Under the pieces are notes generated by a model that saw only the letters and a program-made list of their open reading frames with translations, searched no databases and was not told where the DNA came from. 64,000 bases of DNA from an uncultured Planctomycetota bacterium (GTDB lineage Bacteria > Planctomycetota > CAYMFW01). Where the stretch lies: the NCBI GenBank assembly GCA_964389785.1, contig CAYMFW010000002.1, forward strand, positions 813-64,812, written 5' to 3'. Of this stretch, positions 6,763-16,821 are shown piece after piece. The position numbers and the translations under genes are program-made. The number at the start of each line of letters is the position of its first letter. The first letter of the stretch is position 1.

Positions 6763-9411
6763 TCGCCGAAAGGCGACGATGCCGGCCTCGGCACACCCAA
6801 GAAGCCGTTCAAGACGATCACCCGCGCGCAGAAGGCCGTCCGGGACATCACGAAGGGCGCGCCGCCGACGGAGGCGATCATCGTCTACCTGGGCCGCGGG
6901 ACGTTCTCGATCGACAAGCCGCTCGTATTCACGCCGGAGGATTCGGGCGCGAAGGACTTCCCCATCCTCTGGCGGGCGTGGAAGAGAGAAAAGGTGGTGA
7001 TAAGCGGCGGCAGGGAGATCACCGGCTGGGAGAAGGGGTCCGGGAAACTGTGGCAGACGACGGTGCCGGAGGTGAAGGAAGGGAAGCTCTATTTTGACTC
7101 GCTCTTCGTCAACGGCCGGCGGGCGGTGCGCGCGCGCACGCCCAATAAAGGATACCTGTATTCGGCCGGACCCCTGGCGCGGGTCGCCCCGAAGCACGGC
7201 ACCGTGAGGGAAGACGACGAGACGATGTTCGGGTTCCGCTTCACGCCGGGAGACATCACGCAGTGGGACAACCTGCAGGACGTGATGGTGACGTTCTACC
7301 ACACGTGGCTGGCGAGCCTGCACTGGGTGAAGGAGGTGGACGTGCGAAAGAACATCGTCCGCTTCAGGGAGTCGGTGCGCAAGCAGCTCGCGCTGGAGAA
7401 TCCCATGAGCCGGTACACGGTGGAGAACTACTTCGAGGCGCTGGACGCGCCCGGGGAATGGTACCTGAACCGGAAGACCGGCGTGCTGAGCTACTACCCG
7501 AGAGACGGCGAAGACATGAGCAAGGCAGTGGCGATCGCGCCGGTGGTCGATTCGCTTCTGCGCATCGAGGGAGATCCCGAAAAGGGCGCGTTCGTGAACT
7601 ACCTGAAATTCTACGGGCTGACGTTCCACTACTCCGACCTCCAGGGGGACGGGACCTACATCCATCGGAGGGGAAACTATTCCATGCAGGCGTTCGCCCA
7701 CATGGACATCGCCGGCATCCGGGCGCGGGGAGCGCGGCACGTGGAGATCGAGAACTGCGAGGTGGCGCACCTGGGAAGCCACGGCATCTGGCTCGAGGAG
7801 GGCTCCAGGTTCTGCACGGTGAGGCGCTGCCACATCCACGATCTGGCGGGCGGCGGCGTCTATATCGGAAACGGCCAGTATCAGTACAAGGCCCCGAACG
7901 ACAACGTGACGACGAGTCACCACACGGTCGACAACTGCTTCATCCACGACCTGTGTCACGTGTATCACGGGTCGGTGGGCGTGTGGATAGGATGCAGCTC
8001 GGACAATACCGTAACGCGGAATGAAATCAGCGACATGGATTACACCGGCATATCCGTCGGCTTTACCTGGCGGAGCTGGGACGTGGATCAGAAGAGGAAT
8101 ATGATCGGGCTCAATCACATCCATCACCTGATGAACGGCGTGCTTTCCGACGGCGGAGGAGTATATACCCTGGGGGATTCCCGGGGCACGAAGATATCGA
8201 ACAACCTGATCCACGATATCGTCCCCTACCCCCACCACAGCTACGGTATCGGGCTGTACCAGGACCAGGCGTCCGCGGACATCGTGCTGGAGAACAACAT
8301 CGTGTACAACGTGGCGCCCAGAGGATTCGGCTATCATCTGCATTACGGGGAGAGGAATACGGTACGCAACAACATATTCGCGTTCGTGGACGGCAAGGCG
8401 ATCAACCGGACGAAGAAGTTTGCGAGGGAGAACGAGCCGATTACGGTTGACGGGAATATCGTGTACGCGTCCAATGAAATGCATCCGTTCATCGGCGGTG
8501 ACGGGTTCCTGCCCGGCAAGGTGCGGTGCGAGCGTAACGTGTATTTCAACACGAAGGGCTATGTGGACTTCCGGGACGAGAATAACAAGAAGATAGGGTT
8601 CGATGAATGGCAGAAGCTGGGGTACGACGCGAGCGGTGCGGTGGCGGACCCGCTGTTCAAGGATGCCGCGAAGGGAGATTTCACTCTGGATGCGAAGTCT
8701 CCGGCGGTGGCGAAATTCTTCAGGCCGATAGACGTGGGGGCGATCGGGCTTCGTGGAGACGAGGAGTGGACGGGGCTGCCGGGGAAGGTGAAGCGGCAGC
8801 CGGTGTATCTGCCGCCGCGCAACGCGTTGACGGGGATGCTTCTGGACTTCGAGAACCAGGAGCCGGGGGATTTTCCGCTCTACTGCCGGATCTCGGACGA
8901 CGCCACGCGCACGGTCGTCGTGGCGGAAGGCGGCGCGGAGGGGAGTAAGCGCTGTCTGAAGTTCAGCGACGCGAAGGGCAAGCCGAGCTGGAAGCCACAC
9001 GTGTGGAATCGCGTGCATATCGAGAAGGGGCGGGTGAGGTTTTCCTTCCATATAAGGAACGACGAGAAGAAGCCGGCGAGGATTCTTATTTCGTTCCGGG
9101 ACTGGCGCACCCGGCTCATCACCGGGCCGAGCGTGGAGGTGACCCGCGGTAATATCGTGAAAGCCGGGGGCAAGAACTGCGGCATCATTCCGGGAGGAGC
9201 GTGGGGGAAGATCGATATGGATTTCACGCTGGGCGAACGCGAGCTGAAGACGTTTACGCTCCGGGTGACGACGGCCACGATGTCGACGATCACCAGCGAT
9301 CTGCCCTTCGAGGACAAGGACTTCGAAGTCGCCACCTGGTACGGCTTCGTCTCGGCGCCCGACGAAGAGGCGTACTGGTGGCTGGACAGGGTGAGGTTGG
9401 GAGAGAAATAG
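6685..9411 (+). CDS. secreted right-handed parallel beta-helix repeat protein (pectate-lyase-fold, likely glycan-active)
   Basis: 908 aa with signal peptide MKRAIWALCLTLLLTTSVLADV. LYVSPKGDDAGLGTPKKPFKTITRAQ is the typical N-terminus of beta-helix proteins. Repeated ..G(I/V)(Y/W)(I/L)... turns with NN(I/L)(I/V)(H/Y)D(I/V) motifs follow. Confidence 0.75.
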   Translation: MKRAIWALCLTLLLTTSVLADVTLYVSPKGDDAGLGTPKKPFKTITRAQKAVRDITKGAPPTEAIIVYLGRGTFSIDKPLVFTPEDSGAKDFPILWRAWKREKVVISGGREITGWEKGSGKLWQTTVPEVKEGKLYFDSLFVNGRRAVRARTPNKGYLYSAGPLARVAPKHGTVREDDETMFGFRFTPGDITQWDNLQDVMVTFYHTWLASLHWVKEVDVRKNIVRFRESVRKQLALENPMSRYTVENYFEALDAPGEWYLNRKTGVLSYYPRDGEDMSKAVAIAPVVDSLLRIEGDPEKGAFVNYLKFYGLTFHYSDLQGDGTYIHRRGNYSMQAFAHMDIAGIRARGARHVEIENCEVAHLGSHGIWLEEGSRFCTVRRCHIHDLAGGGVYIGNGQYQYKAPNDNVTTSHHTVDNCFIHDLCHVYHGSVGVWIGCSSDNTVTRNEISDMDYTGISVGFTWRSWDVDQKRNMIGLNHIHHLMNGVLSDGGGVYTLGDSRGTKISNNLIHDIVPYPHHSYGIGLYQDQASADIVLENNIVYNVAPRGFGYHLHYGERNTVRNNIFAFVDGKAINRTKKFARENEPITVDGNIVYASNEMHPFIGGDGFLPGKVRCERNVYFNTKGYVDFRDENNKKIGFDEWQKLGYDASGAVADPLFKDAAKGDFTLDAKSPAVAKFFRPIDVGAIGLRGDEEWTGLPGKVKRQPVYLPPRNALTGMLLDFENQEPGDFPLYCRISDDATRTVVVAEGGAEGSKRCLKFSDAKGKPSWKPHVWNRVHIEKGRVRFSFHIRNDEKKPARILISFRDWRTRLITGPSVEVTRGNIVKAGGKNCGIIPGGAWGKIDMDFTLGERELKTFTLRVTTATMSTITSDLPFEDKDFEVATWYGFVSAPDEEAYWWLDRVRLGEK

Positions 9412-9485
9412 ACCATGAACGACCTTGTTATCACACTCCGCCGGGGCGACGTGCTGGAATTGCAGGCTGTCCTGAAACCGGAATA

Positions 9486-10007
9486 ATGGCCGGCGAAGAA
9501 CCCAAACGCCGGCCAGTCGGCCCCATCGTCATCCTCGCCATGATTGCCGTCGGCATCGCGCTTTTCTGGCCCAAGAGAACTACCTGGTTCGTTGTGCACC
9601 AGTACCCGGCCGGCGTGGTGGAGGAGTGGCGTCATGAAGCGGAGAAGAAGGTCGTGTGGAAAGGCACTATCCGGCAGCTCGGTCACGAGGAGTTTGCTGT
9701 CGCGCCCTGGAACACCGAGATCGAAAACAACGCGGCGGTGACACAGTGCTACTATGTCTACTACGAAGAACGATACACGGACTTCTTCGGCAAACTGTAT
9801 TCCGGAATGCCCTCCGGTTCTTCAGGAAGCCACCGGCTGTTTGTGGCGACGCAGGGAGAGCGGCTGCTGCTGGCGAGCTACGACCTCACCCTCGACAAGA
9901 AGAGGGATATACGATCGTACGTCCACGTTGACAACGAGAACCTAGCGACTATATTGAGATTCGTGTCCGGAATACATAAAGAGAAAGCCCGGTTGGGAAC
10001 GGAGTAA
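9486..10007 (+). CDS. hypothetical membrane-anchored protein
   Basis: In-frame ATG at 9486 gives MAGEEPKRRPVGPIVILAMIAVGIALFWPK.., a single N-terminal TM helix. I recognise no family. Confidence 0.45.
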   Translation: MAGEEPKRRPVGPIVILAMIAVGIALFWPKRTTWFVVHQYPAGVVEEWRHEAEKKVVWKGTIRQLGHEEFAVAPWNTEIENNAAVTQCYYVYYEERYTDFFGKLYSGMPSGSSGSHRLFVATQGERLLLASYDLTLDKKRDIRSYVHVDNENLATILRFVSGIHKEKARLGTE

Positions 10008-10025
10008 CGACACAAGGAGGGAGCA

Positions 10026-10214
10026 ATGCCGATTATCACGGTTCACGGGCCGCGGGTCGAGGAGGTGGAGAAGAAGCGGGAGTTCGTAGGCAGCGTCACG
10101 GAGGCGGCGACGAATCTGTTCGGTTTGCCGAAGCAATCGATCGTCGTGCTTCTTCGGGAGACCTCGCGGGATAACGTCGGCGTCGGCGGGGAGCTGATCA
10201 TCGACAGGAAGTAG
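10026..10214 (+). CDS. 4-oxalocrotonate tautomerase-family protein
   Basis: 62 aa starting MPIITVHG (catalytic Pro1 after Met removal), with AAGGAGGGAG RBS. Length and pattern are typical of the tautomerase superfamily. Confidence 0.8.
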   Translation: MPIITVHGPRVEEVEKKREFVGSVTEAATNLFGLPKQSIVVLLRETSRDNVGVGGELIIDRK

Positions 10215-10242
10215 GTTCGGGCGAGGCCTATAGCAGGGAACC

Positions 10243-10458
10243 ATGATGCGGTATCCGCACACGGGTGAGACTACGGAGGCAATTATAGACCACTTTCTGA
10301 CGTCATCCAGGGGGAACGATCCGACCTCAGCATACTATGTCCTCAAGAATCTCAACAAGCGCCTCAGGGTACGGCTGAACACCATCGAAGAAATGGGCGC
10401 ACACATAGGCTTGCCCCCGGACAGCTTGAACTGTACCGGGTGGATCAGCCTTATTTGA
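10243..10458 (+). CDS. hypothetical small protein (weak call)
   Basis: 71-aa ORF in a lower-GC patch. No recognisable motif. It overlaps the convergent NHL gene end by 8 nt. Confidence 0.2.
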   Translation: MMRYPHTGETTEAIIDHFLTSSRGNDPTSAYYVLKNLNKRLRVRLNTIEEMGAHIGLPPDSLNCTGWISLI

Positions 10459-13063
10459 TTTCCACGGTCTCCTCGGCCGCGTACGTCAGGCGCACCTGCA
10501 CGATCCGGGCGGCGAGCATGTCGTGGACGAACACGTCGCCGTCGAGCGCCGCGGTCTTGTTCGGGTACCACAGCGGGATGGGCGGCTCGGGAACCGCGCC
10601 GCCGGCGCCCGTATTGTCCAGGCTTCCGTACGCGCCGAACCGGGTGATGAGGTTTCCGGCGGCGTCCACCGCGGCCACGCTGAACCCGGGCGCGTCGGGT
10701 ACCCACACGCGGCCCCAGTCATCCGCATCGAACCGGACGCTGATGGTGACGCACTGACAGCCGGTCTGCAGCGGCATCGGCGCCAGGCCGTGGAAGTCCC
10801 ACAATATGCCTTCCATCTTCACCGGCTGGAGCTTCTTCACGACCATGCCGCCCGCCACGTGGGTGGCGTCGGCCTCCTTCGCCGGGAACACCCCGCCGCC
10901 TTCGGAACGATAGCGGAACACGGTGCCGTACCAGCGGGCGAGATCGCCGAACGGGTCGGAGTCGTAACATTCCGGCATCGTCAGCTCCTTCGGCCGGATC
11001 GTGTCGGAGGCGTACATCCTGCCCGCGCGGTCTATCCGGAAACAGCCGCCGCTCTTGGTCATCGCGATCAGCTTTGGTTTCACCAGCGCCCCGTCGGGTC
11101 CATACACGTCGACGAAGACGTCGCGGTTCTCCCGGGAGGCGGCGGAGACCACGTATATCTTTCCGTCCGGGCCGACGTCGAAGGGGGTGGCGTGCATGTT
11201 GAACGCGGTGTGGGCCCGGTTGGCGTTGCACTCCAGGTACTCGCCGGCCTTCTCGAAGGGGACCAGCTTGCCGTCGCGGTCGAAGCGGCGGATTCGCCAG
11301 ATCTTCTCCACGTTCGGCAGATCGATCGAGCTGCGGAAGTAGATCAGCCCGTCGGGCCCCACGGCGATTTCGGACAGCCCGGAGAGCGCGGCCTTCCCGG
11401 CCTCGCCGGCCAGGGACAGCTTGCTCACCTCTCCGGTGGCGGGGTCGAGCAGGCCGCCGCCGACTACCAGCCGGTTGTGCGCGCGGTCCGCGCCCATGGC
11501 GGGCGGGCCGCCGCCGCGTCTCTTGTAGCAGATCATCTTGTGCGGCACCCGCTCCAGCCGGCCGTCCCGGTCGACCACCTTCCACATGAAGTCGTTGCCG
11601 GCCCCCTTGGCGGGAAGGGCCAGCCAGACAACCGGCTCCTTGCGCGTGGCGTCGAGGGCCATCATCGGGCCCGCGTCGTGCATGTAGCTCGGCTGTTTCG
11701 GAAGGTCCAGCCGGGAGACCTCCTTCCAGTCGTCGAAGGAGGTGAATTTGACGAGACTCTTGTCCGCGTAGATTTCCCAGGTGGCCTGTCTTCCGTAGCT
11801 GTGTGTTGCCCCGCGATCGCGCACGGAAAGCACATACACCGCGCCGGTCTTCGGATGCACACGAACCTGTTCCGGCCCGCGGATATCGAACTTCTTGATA
11901 AACGCGCCGCTGTCGTCGAAGACCTGGATGCGGTCGTTCTTGTAGTCGCAGACCCAGATGCGTCCCTTCGGGTCTACGGCGACGCCTCGCGGATCGTTGA
12001 ATTGGCTCTGTTCGTCGCCGGGATTGAATTCCCTGCCGATGAACGGCTTCGCGAAATCCGCCGCGTCGAGCGTGGTGCGGTACACCGCGTGCCCGAGCCC
12101 CGACTTCTTCGTCCGCGCGCCCGCGAAGTAGAGGTGCTTCTCGTCCGGCGAGAGCGCCATGAAGATGTACGCGCACATCTTGGCATTCTCCTGCAGCGGC
12201 GGTCCGGCGAAGGTCTCCTTCCCGGCTGCACCGTCGGTGCCCAGCACCAGCAGGCGGCGCTTGCCGTGCACCGGCTTGCCGCAGGGATAGAACATCCGCC
12301 CGTCGGTGGTGATCACCGGGGTGCTGCGCGTTGTCCCCGGCGCTCCGGGCAGGAACCCCCCGTAGGAGAAGTTTCCGCCGCTCAGGGCCAGGGGGATGCG
12401 CCGCCCGTCGGTGGTGGTGAGCCACCGCACCTCGGACACCTTCTCGGGCGGCCAGTCGCCGCGGAACGGAGAGAGGGTGCACAGGTACGCGCCGTCGCCG
12501 TCGAACACCTTGATGTTCAGCTTCTGCAGCGCGCCGGCCAGCCCGTTGTCCCGGATATACGTGTCGCCTTCCTTTATATAGAGCAGACCGTCCTTGTCCA
12601 CGGCCAGGCCGAGCGGGCCGCGGGCGTCCAGCCCCTGCTCCTTCTGGTAGAGCATCCGCGCGAACACCGGTTTCATGCCGAGAGAGACGCGGACCCGGCA
12701 GTCCGCCGGGGCGGGCTTCCCGACGTCGTCGGCGCCGTCCCACTCGATCTTCTGGGCGAGCGAGTCCTTCGCGAACGGCTCCGGGGCGTTCTTCCCCAGC
12801 ACTCCCGAGGCCAGGTGCCGGACGACCCTGCCGTTTGTATCAACGATCGCCGCCGTCGCGTCGCACGCCGCCTTGCAGGCGAAGGTGATGATCCATTTCT
12901 CGCCGTCCTTCTTCACGGCGGGCTTCTCCGCGAACCCGGCGGCCTCCGCCGCCAGGGCGCACCCCGCCGGCATCACCGTCGCCGCGAGCATCGCCGCGGC
13001 CGCCAGCCTCGCTGTCGGCACGAACCTGCCGCATCTTCCGTTACGCATTCCTGTCTTTCGCAT
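10451..13063 (-). CDS. secreted NHL-repeat beta-propeller protein (paralog of 55574-58411)
   Basis: ATG at 13063 is preceded by AAGGAG; the track start at 13108 is an upstream GTG. A signal peptide and an N-terminal Ig-like segment (..VVRHLASGVLGKNAPEPF..) are shared with the paralog. The NHL-type repeat GRIWVCDYKNDRIQVFDDSGAFIKKF is present. Confidence 0.75.
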   Translation of the reverse strand: MRKTGMRNGRCGRFVPTARLAAAAMLAATVMPAGCALAAEAAGFAEKPAVKKDGEKWIITFACKAACDATAAIVDTNGRVVRHLASGVLGKNAPEPFAKDSLAQKIEWDGADDVGKPAPADCRVRVSLGMKPVFARMLYQKEQGLDARGPLGLAVDKDGLLYIKEGDTYIRDNGLAGALQKLNIKVFDGDGAYLCTLSPFRGDWPPEKVSEVRWLTTTDGRRIPLALSGGNFSYGGFLPGAPGTTRSTPVITTDGRMFYPCGKPVHGKRRLLVLGTDGAAGKETFAGPPLQENAKMCAYIFMALSPDEKHLYFAGARTKKSGLGHAVYRTTLDAADFAKPFIGREFNPGDEQSQFNDPRGVAVDPKGRIWVCDYKNDRIQVFDDSGAFIKKFDIRGPEQVRVHPKTGAVYVLSVRDRGATHSYGRQATWEIYADKSLVKFTSFDDWKEVSRLDLPKQPSYMHDAGPMMALDATRKEPVVWLALPAKGAGNDFMWKVVDRDGRLERVPHKMICYKRRGGGPPAMGADRAHNRLVVGGGLLDPATGEVSKLSLAGEAGKAALSGLSEIAVGPDGLIYFRSSIDLPNVEKIWRIRRFDRDGKLVPFEKAGEYLECNANRAHTAFNMHATPFDVGPDGKIYVVSAASRENRDVFVDVYGPDGALVKPKLIAMTKSGGCFRIDRAGRMYASDTIRPKELTMPECYDSDPFGDLARWYGTVFRYRSEGGGVFPAKEADATHVAGGMVVKKLQPVKMEGILWDFHGLAPMPLQTGCQCVTISVRFDADDWGRVWVPDAPGFSVAAVDAAGNLITRFGAYGSLDNTGAGGAVPEPPIPLWYPNKTAALDGDVFVHDMLAARIVQVRLTYAAEETVEIK

Positions 13064-13250
13064 CGTCGTGCTCCTTGATATGCAGGGGGAATGATGAAAC
13101 CGCCGCACGATGGATTATACGGCGCCGGGGGAAAGAGGAACAAGGAACCGTCACCGGATTCAACAGAAGTCCATATCTTTCAACATTCACCACCGTTGAT
13201 TTCCGGACGGCCACGTGGTATGGGTTCGCTCATAGGAAAGGAGAATTTCG

Positions 13251-14384
13251 ATGAAGAAACCATGGATGACAGGGCTTATGGTGTGTGCCGCGGCGTGCCT
13301 GATTGCGTCGTCGTCGGCGGCGGCGGCGGGGGAGGAAGGTGAGGCAGAGGTCAAGATCGGGGGCAAGACGCTGTCCACCCTGGTGAAGCAGCTCGACTCC
13401 TCGAACCGGGGCCTCCAGGTGCGCGCCGCGCGGGCGCTGTCCGAGGCGCCGGAGGAGCTGTATCCGAAGATCGTCCCCAAGATGATCCTGCTGCTGGAGG
13501 CGGAGAGGGAGAACCTCCGGTTCGTCGCCGCGCAGACGCTGGGCAACTGCGGCCCGGTCGCGAGAGCGGCGGTCCCCAAGCTGGTGCCGCTGCTGAAGGG
13601 CACCCAGTTCGAGCGGAACCGCGCCGCGGCGGCCAAGGCGCTGGGCCAGATACTGAAGGACGCCAAGCCGAGCGACGAAGTGGAGAAGGTGGCCCAGGCG
13701 CTCACTGCCAAGGTCAGCGATGATTGGGACCAGTACTCGGACGTGCGGCGGGAGGCGGTGCGCGCGCTGGGGATGATCGGTCCGGCGGCCAAGTCCTGCA
13801 TCTCCAAGCTGAAGAGGGTGATGACCGACCACGTGGGTGATTTCAAGAGCCAGTTCATGGAGCATCTGCTGGCGCGCCGCGAGGCGGCGTGGACGTGCGG
13901 GCGCATGGGATTGTTGGCCAAGGAGCACATCGACCTGCTGATCTCCATGATGCACGCCGAGGGGCCCCGCAACCCGGAAGTGGTGGAGGCGATCGGGCTG
14001 ATCGGACCGGTGCACGAGAACGTGATCCCGAACATCATCGATAAGATCGAGAGCACCGGCCGTCCCGGCGACGCCGGAGGGTGGAAGGCGAAGGCGTTTG
14101 CCGCGCTGGGAGGGCTCGGCGCGAAGTCGGCGCCCGCGGTGCCGCTCGTCCGCCGCATGCTGCAGAATACGGTGGGCGACAACTCCTTGGAGGTCAAGAT
14201 CGCGATGGTGAAGGCGCTCGGGCAGATCGGCACGGCGGCCAAGGAGGCCGCGCCGGAGATCCTGTCTCATATCAAAATGGGGGAAAGCCGGCAGAACGAA
14301 CAGTACAAGACGCTGAAGGAAGAATCCGTCAAGGCGTACAAGGCGGTGACGGGTCAGGACCCCCCTTCCTCGGAGAAGAGATAG
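13251..14384 (+). CDS. secreted HEAT-repeat protein
   Basis: Signal peptide MKKPWMTGLMVCAAACLIASSSAAAAG, then repeated ..R..AA.ALG.IGP.A..AVP.L..L.. HEAT/PBS-lyase-like units. AGGAAAGGAG RBS. Confidence 0.7.
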   Translation: MKKPWMTGLMVCAAACLIASSSAAAAGEEGEAEVKIGGKTLSTLVKQLDSSNRGLQVRAARALSEAPEELYPKIVPKMILLLEAERENLRFVAAQTLGNCGPVARAAVPKLVPLLKGTQFERNRAAAAKALGQILKDAKPSDEVEKVAQALTAKVSDDWDQYSDVRREAVRALGMIGPAAKSCISKLKRVMTDHVGDFKSQFMEHLLARREAAWTCGRMGLLAKEHIDLLISMMHAEGPRNPEVVEAIGLIGPVHENVIPNIIDKIESTGRPGDAGGWKAKAFAALGGLGAKSAPAVPLVRRMLQNTVGDNSLEVKIAMVKALGQIGTAAKEAAPEILSHIKMGESRQNEQYKTLKEESVKAYKAVTGQDPPSSEKR

Positions 14385-14391
14385 CGCCGGG

Positions 14392-15633
14392 ATGACAACG
14401 ATGAACAACAAGGACGTGGAAATCATCCGGGAGCTGGCCGCGCGAACGACTGAGATCGCCGCGCTGCCGGTGCAGGAGGAGAAACGGACGCTGTGGCGCA
14501 AGCTGAACGCGCTCGAGCCGGAGCGCCCGATGGTGATGATCGACCAGGTGTGCTGGAACGAGATGGGCATCGGCGACGAGCTGACACTGCAGTGCACCGA
14601 CGCCGAGTGCCGGGAGTACGAGAAGCGCCTCCGGCGAACGCTCTACCAGTGGAAGCATTTTCCCGTGGACATGGTGGTGGAACCCTTCTTCCGGGTGCCC
14701 AAGGCGATCCGCAACAGCGGTCTGGGCATCAAGGTGGAGGAGGAGACCGCCGTGGGCGACCCCACGAACGCGGTGGTGGGCCACATGTACGAGAACCAGT
14801 TCCAGACCGAGGACGACCTGGAGAAGATCAAGATGCCGCGGATCAGCCACGATGCCGCCGAGACGGAACGGCGCATGGCGGTCGCGCACGAGCTGTTCGA
14901 CGGCCTGCTGGAGGTGAGACCGTGGGGGGCGGACCCCCACCTGTCGCTGTGGGATCCCATCTCGACGTGGATGGGCGTGCAGAACGCGCTGTACGCGCTG
15001 GTGGACACGCCCGACTACGTGCACCGCCTGGTGTCCCGCGCGACGGACGGCTACCTGAGCATGCTCGACCAGCTCGAGGAACAGGGCCTGCTGTGCGGAC
15101 CCCAGAGCCTGGTCCACTGCACGGGCGCGTATTCCGACGAGCTGCCCGCGCCGGGCTACGATCCGGCGAAGCCCCGCACGAAGGACCTCTGGATGTACGG
15201 GCTGGCTCAGATGTTCTCCACCGTCTCGCCCGCCATGTTCAAGGAATTCGAGGTGGACTACACCGCGCGCATCTGCGAGCGTTTCGGCCTGGTGTACTAC
15301 GGGTGCTGCGATCCGCTGGACGGCAAGATGGCCGAGGTGCGCATGATCCCGAACGTGCGCAAGGTGTCCATGAGCCCGTGGGTGGACGAGGACCGCGGCG
15401 CGTCGGAGATCGGCGGCGACCTCGTCTACTCCCGCAAGCCGAACCCGGCCCAGGTCGCGATGGAGAGCTTCCACCCGGAGCAGGTTCGGGCACACCTGAC
15501 CGAAACGCGGGAGGCGTGCGACCGGCACGGGTGCCCGCTGGAATACATCCTGAAGGACATCAGCACGGTGCGTTACGAGCCGCAACGGCTGTCGGAATGG
15601 GCCGCCATCGCCATGGAAGTGGCGGGCGGATGA
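14392..15633 (+). CDS. uroporphyrinogen-decarboxylase (URO-D/MtaA)-like family protein
   Basis: 413 aa, 8 nt after the HEAT gene. The TIM-barrel-like pattern and the C-terminal ..LVHCTGAY.., ..YYGCCDPLDGKMAEVRMIPNVRKVSMSPW.. resemble URO-D-family proteins. Assignment from memory only. Confidence 0.5.
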   Translation: MTTMNNKDVEIIRELAARTTEIAALPVQEEKRTLWRKLNALEPERPMVMIDQVCWNEMGIGDELTLQCTDAECREYEKRLRRTLYQWKHFPVDMVVEPFFRVPKAIRNSGLGIKVEEETAVGDPTNAVVGHMYENQFQTEDDLEKIKMPRISHDAAETERRMAVAHELFDGLLEVRPWGADPHLSLWDPISTWMGVQNALYALVDTPDYVHRLVSRATDGYLSMLDQLEEQGLLCGPQSLVHCTGAYSDELPAPGYDPAKPRTKDLWMYGLAQMFSTVSPAMFKEFEVDYTARICERFGLVYYGCCDPLDGKMAEVRMIPNVRKVSMSPWVDEDRGASEIGGDLVYSRKPNPAQVAMESFHPEQVRAHLTETREACDRHGCPLEYILKDISTVRYEPQRLSEWAAIAMEVAGG

Positions 15634-15669
15634 GAGGGGCGTGCGATCCGCCGTCCCCCGGCCCCTCCG

Positions 15670-16821
15670 CTAGCCCCTGCCCAATACGCTGACAAGACAA
15701 CGCAGGCTGCCGCCGTGGACGTACACGTCGGTGCAATCCACCTGCCGGACGGTGTATCCGGCTGCCCGCCACACTTCTTCGGCGGCGCGGTTGAGTGATT
15801 CCGCTCCGCGGAAGACCGGCATGTACACCACTCTTTCGCCGTCGCGGCAGTCGATGATGACGTTGAGATACGTCAGATACGTCCTGCCGTCCCGCCCGGG
15901 GAGAACCGGGATGCGCATCACATGATAACCCGAACGTCTGCACTGTTCCGCGACCGCGTCGAAGAGGAGCTGTGTTTCTCCGGTCGAGTCGAATCCCCTG
16001 CCGGGAGCCATCAGCGTCTCGAGTGAAGCCGCCTCGCCCGGACCGGCCCGCTCCAGGTGCCGCTTCGCCAGCGCCGGGTCCCCCACGATCACCGTGCGGC
16101 TTCCGACGGTCATCATGAACATGCCCGCGTGATGCTCCGGCGCGTTCTCCAGCAGGACCACGTTCCGCTTCAGCGTTCCGGTGAGCATGGCGACGAGCTG
16201 CTCGACGCCGGCAACGGTGCGCTGGAAGTTCCGACGGAAGACCCGCGGGGTAACGAACACGCTGTGTTCGTCGGCGACGAAGTCCCCGCCGTCGAAGTAC
16301 AGCGCGTCCCGCTCCGCCCGCACGTCCCCGTCCGAAGCCGCGGCGATGTCGAGCCCGACCCGCCGGTCTCCCGCGCGGCCGGCCCAGATCTCCGCGCCCG
16401 ACTCCCCGTGCGGCAGGAGAAGGGTGGTCGGCTGCCCGGGCCGGATCGGTGACAGGGCCAGCCATCGGTCGCGCGACCAGAAGGTCATCTGATGATCCGC
16501 GAGAACCGGCCGAATGACGCAGGATGGCGACCCGATGCGGGAAATGAAATCGTCGTACGCGGCGCGATCCGGACACACCACGGTGACGATAACGCTGTCG
16601 GGAAGGTCCGCCAGAAACGCGCGCAGGGCCGTCTGCACGACGGGTCCCGCGTCCGGCACGTACTGGATGACCAGCTCCCGGATGTCTCCCTCGCAGTCCG
16701 AGAGGGCCGGCCCGGCGCACGCTCCGATGGGAGGGGTGGAGCGGCCGCCGGGCCCGGAACACAGCAGGACCAGTCCGGCAAGGCCCAGTCCCAGCAGTAC
16801 CCCCGACAGCCTGGTGATCAT
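15670..16821 (-). CDS. membrane-anchored guanidino-group-modifying enzyme (agmatine deiminase / Porphyromonas-type peptidyl-arginine deiminase fold)
   Basis: In-frame ATG at 16821 gives MITRLSGVLLGLGLAGLVLLCSG.. (N-terminal hydrophobic anchor). Motifs FWSRDRW (cf. W-x-R-D), YFDGGDFV, EHHAGMF and the C-terminal HGGSLRCLVSV (catalytic Cys context GGxxxC) fit the family. The track ORF extending to 17397 is a fusion artefact. Confidence 0.65.
   Translation of the reverse strand: MITRLSGVLLGLGLAGLVLLCSGPGGRSTPPIGACAGPALSDCEGDIRELVIQYVPDAGPVVQTALRAFLADLPDSVIVTVVCPDRAAYDDFISRIGSPSCVIRPVLADHQMTFWSRDRWLALSPIRPGQPTTLLLPHGESGAEIWAGRAGDRRVGLDIAAASDGDVRAERDALYFDGGDFVADEHSVFVTPRVFRRNFQRTVAGVEQLVAMLTGTLKRNVVLLENAPEHHAGMFMMTVGSRTVIVGDPALAKRHLERAGPGEAASLETLMAPGRGFDSTGETQLLFDAVAEQCRRSGYHVMRIPVLPGRDGRTYLTYLNVIIDCRDGERVVYMPVFRGAESLNRAAEEVWRAAGYTVRQVDCTDVYVHGGSLRCLVSVLGRG

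Noticed and set aside
6655-9051. Very long antisense or overlapping ORFs in the track. Examples: 6655-9051 minus, 10523-13078 plus, 22787-25321 minus, 30747-34478 minus, 51709-54303 plus, 55610-58381 minus, 61867-63777 plus, and 3332-4501 minus.
   Set aside because: Each lies opposite or out of frame to a gene with clear family motifs. Their translations are Arg/Pro/Gly/Ala-rich low-complexity strings, typical of stop-poor alternative frames in GC-rich DNA. None has an RBS or a recognisable motif.
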